Origin: Nemertoderma westbladi
Lineage: Eukaryota > Animalia > Xenacoelomorpha
DNA length: 42,257 nucleotides
Reading direction: 5' to 3'
NCBI GenBank assembly: GCA_032718475.1
Contig: JAUCBJ010005529.1
Span: forward strand, 1 to 42,257
Part shown: piece by piece, positions 20,626-30,888 of the stretch
Position numbering within the stretch: position 1 is the first letter of the stretch
How the letters are laid out: the number at the start of each line of letters is the position of its first letter
Made by a program: the position numbers and the translations under genes
Notes under the pieces: generated by a model
Told to the model about the DNA's origin: nothing
Database searches by the model: none
What the model saw: the letters and a program-made list of their open reading frames with translations, nothing else

Positions 20626-20989
20626 ACCAGTGTCTAATAGGGGACCCTCCTAGTCTGCTAATCCTGAAATTTCTATTCGACAATATTCCTAACTCGTTTA
20701 TTGTTTTGGTTTTTCTTCCAACTCGCCTCTGTAACCTGCTCATTTACTAACCGCACTCTAGTGACTTCAGTTTAGGGGATTTCAGGACTAGCAGAGTATC
20801 CATTACAGCACTAGTGCCAAAATTAGCTCAATCTATAGCATCCATCCAGACTCCAGAATTATAAATCTTTTTAGCTATAGGTTTTATTTTCGATTACTAT
20901 TACTGTATTAACTTACTGTACAGCAGGTTACAGTTGGAAGGAAAACCAAAACAATAAACGTGAGTTAGGAATATTGTCGAATAGAAATA
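20626..20989. mobile_element. Rearranged MITE remnant(s) in GAA intron 2, related to the 3909-4839 MITE
   Basis: Inverted repeats at ~20670-20740 and ~20922-20988 (ATTTCTATTCGACAATATTCCTAACTC...). A second pair is TCTGCTAATCCTGAAAT / ATTTCAGGACTAGCAGA. Shares GTTTATTGTTTTGGTT...CGCCTCTGTAACCTGCTC with the 4336-4652 repeats. Confidence 0.65.
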
Positions 20990-21130
20990 TAAATTTGGAG
21001 TACATACATCATGGAGATCATTGATTTTGTAATATCAAACTTAAAATTTATGAACCAAAACCAGTTCGGTGTCTTCTTGATAATTAGTTCTGCTGTAGAG
21101 AAGTTTTAGCATATGTAATTATTTTAACAG

Positions 21131-22985
21131 TACGTTTCGCGCTATCGGTGGAATTATCGACATGTATCTGTTTACGGGGCCCTCGTTCAAGGAGGTCGTC
21201 ACGCAGTACTGGGACGTGATTGGACGACCGTTCCAAGGCGATTCCACCGGCGGGGCGATCCGGTTGCCCCCGTACTGGTGGCTGGGGTTCCATCTGTGTC
21301 GCTGGGGCTACAACGGGACCGCGGCCGTCACGGACCTTGTGGGCCGCATGCGTAAAGCGGGTCTGCCGCAGGACGTACAATGGAACGATATAGACTACAT
21401 GGACCGCAAGTTGGACTTCACCTTCGACCGGAAACTGTACGCCGGTCTGCCGGACCTGGTCGCCGATCTCCACGACAACCACCAGAAGTACGTGATGATC
21501 CTGGACCCCGGGATCAGCAGCGAGCAACCCCCGGGGTCCTATCCGCCCTACGACGCGGGCCTCGCGGCGAACGCGTTCGTCCGGGACAGCCGGACGGGCG
21601 CCCCCCTCGTCGGACGCGTCTGGCCCGGGGTCACCGTGTTCCCGGACTTCGGGAGAGCGGCCGCGCGGACCTGGTGGGCCGAGCAGCTCGCGGCCTTCCG
21701 ACGCGAGGTGCTGTTCGACGGTGTTTGGATCGATATGAACGAGCCGTCCAACTTCGTCGACGGCTCCACCACCGGGTGTCCGAGTAACAGCAGTCTCGAG
21801 GAGCCCTACTTCACCCCTGACATCGTTGGGGGTAAACTGCGGATGAAGACGATATGCGCCTCGGCAGTACAGCAGTACGGCAACCATTACGATCTTCACA
21901 ATCTTTACGGACATTCCGAGATCATCGCGACTTACGAAGCTCTTACTAAACTCGTCCCGGAGGAAATCCCCTTTATTTTATCGAGGTCGACTTACATGGG
22001 AAGTGGAAGGCTAGCCAACCATTGGTTGGGGGATAATTCCGCTGATTACGCCAACATGCGTTATTCCGTGGCGGGAATTTTAAACTTTCAGCTGTTTGGT
22101 ATTCCGTTGGTTGGCGCGGATATCTGCGGATTCGGTGGCGTCACCAACGCGGAGTTGTGCCAGCGGTGGTACCAGTTGGGGGCCTTCTACCCGTTCTCGC
22201 GCAGCCACAACACTATAGGGGCGCCGGCGCAGGACCCTCTGGCCTTCGGGGACGCTGTCGCTAACTCCACGCGTTCGGTCTACCTGACGCGCTACCGACT
22301 GCTCCCCTACCTGCACTCCCTGCTGTACCGGGCCCGCGCCCACGGGGAGTTGGTTGTGCGCCCTCTGGTGGCTGAGTTCCCCGCGGACGAGGGGTCCCGG
22401 TGGGTGGAGGAGCAGTTCCTATGGGGCGGCGCGCTGCTGGTGACCCCGGTGTTGCGCCAGGGCGCGACCACCGTTAGGGGCTACTTCCCGCGCGGCGAGT
22501 GGTTCGGCGTAGTCGACGGAACTCGCGTCTCCGTCAACGGATCCGGGGAGTTCCGTTTACTCGCCGCCCCGTCGGACGTTATTAATGTCCACCTGCGGGG
22601 CGGGTTCGTGATCCCTGGGTGGAAACCGGAAATCACGACCAGCGAGTCGCAACGGAACGGGTATGACGTCATCGTCGCCTTGGATCGCGCCGGGGTCGCT
22701 AAGGGCAACATGTGCGTGGCGAGTTTGAACGGGCCTCCGAATTTCGTTGAGATCGATTTCGAGGTATCGAATAATTCCCTCCGTTCGGTTGTCTCCACCC
22801 CGGGGTACCAACCCGCACCCAATGCCCACCTCTCGAGGGGTTTCGTTTACGGTTTAATTGCCCCTCCGAAGTCAGTCACCTTCCATGGCAACCAATTAAA
22901 CTTCAGTTTCAATAACAACATATTATCATTTACCACACCGAATATTTCTTTGAACCAAACTATATTAATAGAATGGAGTTTGTAA
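21131..22985 (+). CDS. GAA: GH31 alpha-glucosidase exon 3 (catalytic barrel and C-terminal domains)
   Basis: TTTTAACAG| acceptor at 21130, then TFRAIGGIIDMY. Motifs PPYW, QWNDIDYMD, WIDMNE (nucleophile), HWLGDN (acid/base), GADICGF and YPFSRSHN. Spliced CDS 928+169+1855 = 2952 nt = 983 aa plus stop. Confidence 0.93.
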
Positions 22986-23892
22986 TCGGCGGTCTATCAA
23001 TTAAGTTTGTTTTAGACATTATGTAATAAGTTAATTAACTTAGTTAATTAAAAATTACGAGGTTTTACTAGCCGTGCTATTAAAGTGAAACTAAATAGTG
23101 CTGAATTCCAGGGTTATGAAGACCGTGATAATTATTTTATTATTTTAATTTTTTTCCGTTTTAATGAAAAGGAAAATAAATTGATTCTGTAATTAATAGT
23201 TCAGGGAAATAAACTGCAATTCAGTTTTATTTGATGTCGATTTAAGTATTTGCATTGAATGCAGTAAAATGGTCGATTAGATATAAATTTATAATATATT
23301 TTGTTTAGATTATTATTCCTCTCTCAGTGTATAGGTTTGCAACACATGACTTTATAATTTATTTTACGTTGTAAATATTTTATTAAATATGACATTTTAT
23401 TCATTAAATTTAATTCAGTATTTACCGCGGATGTGAGAACCTAGTGAATTGGGCGGTTGACAACACTAAATGTAATTAGCGTTGATTTCTCTTCTTTGGG
23501 ATTAAAAACAGACGTCGTCTTTTTTGTGTTGCCTTGTTCAATAATTAGTTAATTATGTGATGCTAGTCTAAGTTTGTTATTAAATTCTTATAGATTCGTA
23601 GGATATTTTGCTATATAATTTTTAGTTTCTTAATATCAATATCCTATAATTAATTTGCTTATAAACAGTAAAACTTGTGCTATAATGGTTTATTATTGTG
23701 CTCCAGATGGATTTATATAGTATTTAACATATTTATTTAGTCGTTTTTGTGTTAAATTCAAATTGGAATTGTTTATTTATTTGTTTAATTTATTTGATTC
23801 TACCGTTGAAACTTTCTTATAATTAAATTATTTGTTTACTTTAGAATATTGGGATGAAAACTTGACAATAATAATTAGATTTACATATCAAA

Positions 23893-24012
23893 AATTTACA
23901 TATCAAAATAAATTTAGTTAGTTTCTATAGATTATACCGGTACCATAAATAGACCATGGAATATAATAATATATATGATATAGTTCAGGAAAAAAAAAAA
24001 AAAAAAAAAAAA
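23893..24012 (+). mobile_element. Short poly(A)-tailed insertion with a probable 16-bp TSD
   Basis: AGATTTACATATCAAA at 23877-23892 recurs at 24013-24028 directly after an A-run starting at 23990. Confidence 0.5.
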
Positions 24013-26032
24013 AGATTTACATATCAAACGACAATCTTTACATATTTATTTAATATAATAATAATAATGATATTGACTAATTTTTTTTTTTTAATTACAT
24101 AAAACATGCCACCACTAAGAATACAAACTGAATTGAACTGATAGAAAGGAAAATAATTAGTACCAGTGAGAAAATACAACCATTTGTATTTTTTGGAAAT
24201 ATCGAAATTGTCTCTATTTATATTTTCCCAATATTATTTTTTTAATTCAATGATCAACCCCATGTATTATTCATAGATCACCATGGTAACTCTACCTCTG
24301 TTAGAAGTATGATAGCTATGCCTCTGGGGTTCCCTTTGTCATTCAGACTTTCTTTCATTTAGTTTTTCTGTTGTAAAACTATCACAACAAAATCTCCGAG
24401 CTTCACATAACTAACTGCGTCTGACCCCCTTGTATGATTACTGATCTGAGACTAACTGGACTTCCACATTGTCATTTTCCAATAAATATGCAGAAGTAAC
24501 ACTGATAAATTAAACATCAATCAACCGGCCTTGTGTTGGCAGTGGGAAAGTACCCGGATAAATAATTCGCCGCATATCTTTGCTCTTCAACATGTTTCCC
24601 AGCACCCGATGTTTACTTAGTAAATCGCGTAATGTTGGAGGAGGGGGGGGGGGGGGGGGGGGGCTGCCAGAAATAACAACTCACGATGAAAACTAGTCGA
24701 GTATAATAATACGTTAAATAATCCCAAGCAATAATAAATAGTTAGTACTCCTTCTTTATATACATTTTCGATATTGTGTACCATTGGAATATATTGGTCA
24801 CACACTTACTGCTGTATAAAAATTCAAGAGATTTTATTTTTCTTTGGGAGTGATAAGGTAGCTAGATCTACTGTTTATTCGTTTGTTCTAATAAATACTC
24901 ACTTCCTTTCCGTGTGAACATTTTAAACGTTGTGTATTTCCGCTGGAGACATTGTTTAAGCTACTACGACGTTCAATGTATCACACCAGGTGGGGGGCGG
25001 GATCGCTAAATACCCTTATATACGAAAACGTAGTCTACGTACATATGCATTGGGGCCAATGGGGGTAGGATGATGGACGTTTCCATTACAGAGACACTGA
25101 TATATATTTAATTAATTAATCTGATTGGTTCTATAGTGTAGAGCTTGGAAGGAACTTCTGCCATTCAGTTAGTAATGAATATACGACTTCCCGGTGATAC
25201 TTAATCATATCACCAATCCATCCAATTCCTATATAAGTTATGTCGGTTGGATAGAAAATGATATTTTTATGAATGATATAGATAGACCTTATTAATATTT
25301 CTTGTATCATCAATCTACTTTTAAATCATTTTATCATTGGCGAAATTTCCACAAGTAAACAACTTCATATTGTTATTATTATTATTTATTGCCCATGGTC
25401 TCATGAATACACACAACAAACATACATAATATAGGATTTCAAGGGATGGAAACCAAACACTATTTTTAGTATCAATGCATTGAGGTCCTTTGGAAAATAT
25501 AAACACTTTTAATCAATTAGGCTTACATAAAACGGAATACCGGTACAATTTTATACTGTAGCTACTTATCGAAAACCGAAATACCATGCAATTTCTCATT
25601 AATTGTACGGGTAACAACTAAAAAAAATTCTTTTTCTTCCAAATTATTTGGTTTTTCACTACATTTTTGTCACTAAAATATATAATTCCACCACTATAAT
25701 ATAGGTATTAATTATCACTAAACCGAATTTTTTTATCACCAAATTAAAACTGTAGCATGTTTTATTGACATAGGTTTAGGTTGAATTTGTTTTTGTCAGA
25801 ACAACATGTCACTGTGACCTGACCATTATTTGCCTTATTAAGTTATAATTATTGTATTTGAGTGATATTTAATATATTTAGTGGAGACTGTATATTTTAG
25901 TAATCTTCCTGTTAAAATTTAGTGAAAAATTATTAGTAGGTCGATAAATGGTTAGTTACCATTATATTTTCCTGTCAACTTGGGTAGGAAAATCCGATAA
26001 TTCTGAGCTTGGTCTGTTAATGAACTGTTACT

Positions 26033-26174
26033 ATGGGGACCCTTGGACCTCTAGTTGTGGTCACAATATCAGTATTGCTGACAGCTCACCGATGTAACGC
26101 CGGTACTAATGCCTTCCAACCGCCATCATGGGATAAAGATGCTGAATATGATTTCGTAATCGATTCATTTCATT
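26033..26174 (+). CDS. Exon 1 (signal peptide) of the giant VWD/ZP protein gene (absent from the ORF track)
   Basis: ACTATGG start context; MGTLGPLVVVTISVLLTAHRCNAGTNAFQPPSWDKDAEYDFVIDSFH, then T|GTAAGT. 142 nt is phase 1, matching the TTTTTTGTAG|CA acceptor at 30888. Confidence 0.8.
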
Positions 26175-26763
26175 GTAAGTTTTAATTGCAGATACTTTAA
26201 TAATTGTAGTGTATAATTTTTCTTCTTAAATGCGTCACCTTTTCTCGGGGAGGAAAATAAATTATTTTTCCTTAGACAGAACTAGACCTTAGGATTTCTT
26301 GTATATTGATTTCGGCCCAGCAAAAAATTAATGTATAAAGGAAAGTTTAAAAATGTAGAAATGGGAGAAATGTATGAAAATTCTCAAATTGTAATACATG
26401 ATACGAAAGTGAGTTGAAGTACAAAAGGGTTGCTTGTCCTTTGAGCTAAATTAAACCAAAAGTTTTTACAGCTTTAGTGCCTGTACTGAAACTTTTGGTG
26501 TATACACTTAAAACATAATTTAATATCAATAAATATAGGTTTTCTTCATTTGAGCTATTCAATAGTAACATCTGATTTCGGAACAAAGTAGTGCTTAAAA
26601 TTGAGGTTGGAAATTATTTCAACTCTCAGTAACAAACAAGCAACGTCGAAAATTAACGTAGACCTACTACAGAAGTTCAAGTTCTTCAACACTATTTATT
26701 TTCATTTAAGTTTTGAGAATCAAGCAACCAAAAACCACCATTTTATTTTCAAGCATTACTTAA

Positions 26764-29700
26764 TAGGGTACGGTGAAAATCATGAACTTTTGCCGATCCC
26801 TTAGCTTTTCACTAGAAAAGTGACGTTTGGCTATCTGATGAAATATCCAAAATATTAGAGTGATCTATGCAGTGGAACATGTGTCTCCAAGGGGATCAAA
26901 ATTTTGAAAAAAGCAAATTTTTCAAAAAAAATCGACATTTTGAAACATTGGTGAAACACTTCAACTTTGGCCAAATCTCTTAAATTTTCGGTAGGAATGT
27001 CAGATTTGGCTATCTTGTGAAATATCCAAAATATTAGATCAATCTATTTAATGGAAAATGTCTCTCTGGTGAGTCGAAATTTCGAAAAAAATTGAATTTT
27101 TCGAAAAAATTCAAATTTTGGAAAAATTGTTAAAACATGAGAACTTTGGCCAGTCTCTTAGATTTTCACTAGTTATGTCAGATTTGGGTATCCTATAAAG
27201 TATCGAAAATATTAGAACAATCTATAAAGAGGAACATGTGTCTAGAGGAGTCGAAATTTCGAAACAAAATCGAATTTCTAACTGCTTTCTTTAATATATT
27301 AAAAGTTACAGAGTAGGTAATAGTTATAGGAGAAACCCAATATTAATATATTAATTTATAATAGAAAGAATATGAACTCACTGCTGTTTTACTTAGATAT
27401 GTTTCACTTAAGTTAGTTCTTTGTATCCATGGTAACAATAACTTTTGGCATTCTAGAATATCTCTTAACTGGATCAATTCGTTCTCTGTTTGTCAGCTTA
27501 GGTGAATAACGAAATACTGGTAGCAGCAGTAGGCAGGCCTAGCGGTATTACTGTGTTACTCGACCCACTTTTTGGACTAATTTTACTTGCATGTTTTTTC
27601 GAATTATAGTAGCTATATTAGGATAATAGGTTGTGAAAATGCTCAGGTTACAGTGTGGCGGTTATCTTGTGAAAAGAATATATAATTAATTTTATATTAC
27701 CGGTAGTCGAATATATCATATATAATTAATATCGTATTAATATAGGCCATGGCAACAACTCGTTCTGCAACAGATGCTATCTTTGGCCATCCAGCTCCAT
27801 TGCCGCAGCACCAATTACCAACGACTGGAGATGTTTGGAGGTTTTTCGCATTCATGAAACTTGAACAGCAGCGAGTCTCGGGAACAAGTCAGGAACCTGA
27901 ACTACGAAAGACAGCCGAAATTGTGGCTCATGGGATAATGGAAGTGTACACCAAGGCAACTGTGGAGACTTTTATGTTCACTTCCATTGTGAACAAGATT
28001 GTTGCTGAGTGGAAGGACATCCGCGAGAAGATCTACAAGGTGCCAAAGAGCCGACAGTCCAGGCCTTTTTTCATTGAGCGTGTGGAAGAATACAGGAAGA
28101 CATGTGATCAATTGTTTGATGTTATCTCTGCAAGTAATCAACATAAAGCTGAAACTCAGTTCATAGTTGATCAGCGTGGAAAGAGACAACTGGCAATTGG
28201 TGGTGTTGATCGCGTCGACCTAGTCAAACGCAAGAAGATAGAGAAGAGAAGATTGGATGCTGAAAAACGTCAGATTGGTGAGTTAGAGAGGTGTCAGTCA
28301 TGTATTATGCCGCTTTCAGAGACTGATCGTGTCATGGACGTGGAAGATGATGGAGGTGAGTCTGATCATGTACCAGGATCACTCAAGTCTTCTTTGGAGC
28401 AACAATCACAGAACAGGTGTCAGCTGCAGAAAGTTTCTCGTGAGGCAGACCGTTATGGAATCTCTAATCGTGCAGCTGCTGCCATTGCGACAGCCACACT
28501 CCAGGACTGTTTACCGGATTTCAGTGTGTCTAGTGTCATTGATGCGAGCAAGATGAGACGAGCAAGGAAATTTTTACAGTTGGGCCTCCTTAATCAACAT
28601 TCAGCTACAACAAACCTACAATCACTGTACTTCGATGGACGAAAAGATCAAACAAAAGTACATGACGATTCTGCAGAAGGCCACATCAAAACAAAGAAAG
28701 AAGAACACTATGTTCTAGTCAGTGAGCCTGGAGGTGAGTACTTGGCATATGTCACACCCAATTCTGGAGGATCTGCTGATATTTTATCTGCCATCTTGGC
28801 TAAATTAGAGTTAAATGGGATCTCTATCAGTGAGCTTGTGGTTGTTGGATGTGATGGGACAAACACGAACACAGGGCACAAATTTGGAATCATAAGTCGG
28901 TTGGAGAAAAAACTTAACAAGCCAATGCACTGGGCAATTTGCATGCTCCATCTTAATGAACTACCATTTCGTCATTTGTTTACCTCCGTTGATGGGCCAA
29001 CATCTGGTCCAACCGCATTTACAGGTCCAATCGGCAAGCAGTTGACTTCGAATAAGCCATCAATTACCATGTTACCAGTTGCCGCCTTTGCGAAGATAGC
29101 ATCTCCAAATTTCCATCATCTTGACGATGAAATTATATCAAACTTGAGTACAGACCAGAAGTTCATGTACAAGATATCTCTGAGCATTATTGAAGGTTCC
29201 TGTTCAGAATCCTTGGCTGCATCTGAGCCAGGCAAGATTTCACATGCAAGATGGCTCACTACTGCAAACAGACTTTGTCGCATGTACATCAGCACCATCG
29301 ATCCATCTTTGGGACTCTGCACACTTGTAAGATATATTGTCCAAGTATATGCACCAGTCTGGTTCCTTATAAAACATTCATCCCTGCTCCAGGATGGTAC
29401 ATCGAACTTCTTCTACCTGGTCAAATGGACTCGATACCTGGACCCAATTCACAAGAATGTTGTTGATACGGTACTCCAATCGAATGCTTACTTTGCACAT
29501 CCTGAGGCAGTACTTCTAGCTATGATCCATGATCCCAGGCAATTTGTTAGGGAACTTGGGTACAGGCGAATTATGAAAACGCGAGAGATTCAGCGTTGTA
29601 CTTGCAGGCATTTTTCCATTCCGACGGTGCGTTTCGATGCTTCAGACTATTTTGAACTTATTGACTGGAACAATCCTGATGAACTGATAACTGAGCCCCC

Positions 29701-30645
29701 TCTTACTCTCAACTGGTCAACAGCTGAACTTCGATCCTTCATCGAGAGTCCACCAATTCATTCACCTTTCAACTTTCCTTGTATCACACAATCTGTTGAA
29801 AGATTGATCCGTGTTGTAACCGAGGTGTCAGCTGTTGTTGTCGGAGAGGATTCCCGGGATAAACTGATCAGGTCAAAGTTGGCAGCAAGAGCTCAGCGTT
29901 CCCAATTCAACTCAAAAAAGCACTATATTATCTAGTTATCATGCATATTTCGTGAACTATTTCAAATTATATGCTATTATAGAACAAAATGGATCGCAAT
30001 GAACTGAACACCGTGACATTTTTATGGGTTGTTGCTAGCAACGATATAATATATACAAACTACATTAAGAACTAAGCAAACGATTTTTCAACTTGAAAAA
30101 GTTTTTTGAATTTTTTTTTTCGAAATTTCGACTTACCAGAGACGCATGTTCCACTACGGGCACAATTATAGATTGATAAAATATTTCTCTGCAGTATAGG
30201 CTGTAAAGTAAAAAGTAAATAATCGCTTGGTACTAAACTAACAATACTAGTGAAAATTTAAAGAGACTGGCCAAAGTACTCATGTTGTAAAAATTTTCCA
30301 AAATTGTAATTTTTCGAAAAATTCCATTTTTTTCGAAATTTCGAGAGACATGTTCCACTAAATATATTGATCTAATATTTTGGAAATTTCACAAGATAGC
30401 CAAATCTGACATTCCTACTAAAAATTTAAGAGATTTGGCCAAAGTTGAAGTGTTTCACCAATGTTTCAAAAAGTCGATTTTTTTCGAAAAATTTGCTTTT
30501 TTCAAAATTTTGATCCCCTCGGAGACACATGTTCCACTGCATAGATCACTCTAATATTTTGGATATTTCATCAGATAGCCAAACGTCATTTTGCTGGTGA
30601 AAAGCTAAGAGATCGGCAAAAGTTCACGATTTTCACCGCACCCTA
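26764..30645 (+). mobile_element. Apparently autonomous hAT-superfamily DNA transposon (divergent subgroup) with long TIRs, intronic
   Basis: Ends TAGGGTACGGTGAAAATC... and ...GATTTTCACCGCACCCTA. More than 400 bp of inverted similarity built from ~179-bp subunits. Flanks CATTACTTAA / TAATACTTAA form an imperfect TSD. Central transposase ORF. Confidence 0.85.
27749..29935 (+). CDS. DDE transposase, hAT-like (728 aa, uninterrupted)
   Basis: YFDGRKD (D1), GCDGTNTNTG (D2), CMLH (CxxH), HARW and QSVER (E) occur in hAT order; basic NLS-like KRKKIEKRR. Confidence 0.85.
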   Translation: MATTRSATDAIFGHPAPLPQHQLPTTGDVWRFFAFMKLEQQRVSGTSQEPELRKTAEIVAHGIMEVYTKATVETFMFTSIVNKIVAEWKDIREKIYKVPKSRQSRPFFIERVEEYRKTCDQLFDVISASNQHKAETQFIVDQRGKRQLAIGGVDRVDLVKRKKIEKRRLDAEKRQIGELERCQSCIMPLSETDRVMDVEDDGGESDHVPGSLKSSLEQQSQNRCQLQKVSREADRYGISNRAAAAIATATLQDCLPDFSVSSVIDASKMRRARKFLQLGLLNQHSATTNLQSLYFDGRKDQTKVHDDSAEGHIKTKKEEHYVLVSEPGGEYLAYVTPNSGGSADILSAILAKLELNGISISELVVVGCDGTNTNTGHKFGIISRLEKKLNKPMHWAICMLHLNELPFRHLFTSVDGPTSGPTAFTGPIGKQLTSNKPSITMLPVAAFAKIASPNFHHLDDEIISNLSTDQKFMYKISLSIIEGSCSESLAASEPGKISHARWLTTANRLCRMYISTIDPSLGLCTLVRYIVQVYAPVWFLIKHSSLLQDGTSNFFYLVKWTRYLDPIHKNVVDTVLQSNAYFAHPEAVLLAMIHDPRQFVRELGYRRIMKTREIQRCTCRHFSIPTVRFDASDYFELIDWNNPDELITEPPLTLNWSTAELRSFIESPPIHSPFNFPCITQSVERLIRVVTEVSAVVVGEDSRDKLIRSKLAARAQRSQFNSKKHYII

Positions 30646-30888
30646 TAATACTTAACCACTAATTATTATTCCATAATTTATTTATTATTTTACTGCATAC
30701 ATATTTAGGTAATAATTTGCTGCATATTTGTTAGTGGCAGTCCATTTTATTGAGGACATTTAATTTGGCCACTATTCGGTTTGAATTAAGATATTTGCGA
30801 AGTTTAAATATTAAACTGTAATTATTACTGTAAATAATGATACACCTATTACAAAATTAATAATTATAGCCTATGTTATTTTTTGTAG

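Noticed and set aside
21084-21914. 276-aa antisense ORF and other ORFs overlapping GAA exon 3
   Set aside because: Explained by high GC3 removing antisense stops; no recognisable motifs.
24980-25130. GC box, TATA-like and CCAAT motifs as the promoter of the giant gene
   Set aside because: About 900 bp from the ATG, short motifs only, and no transcript evidence.
26830-26850. Other CTGATGA matches (here, the mirror at ~30568, and in coding regions) as hammerheads
   Set aside because: No stem II followed by GAAA and no closing stem I.
30873-30888. ATG at 30873 as the start of the giant protein
   Set aside because: It lies in the polypyrimidine tract of a strong acceptor (TTATTTTTTGTAG); a phase-compatible signal-peptide exon exists at 26033-26174.
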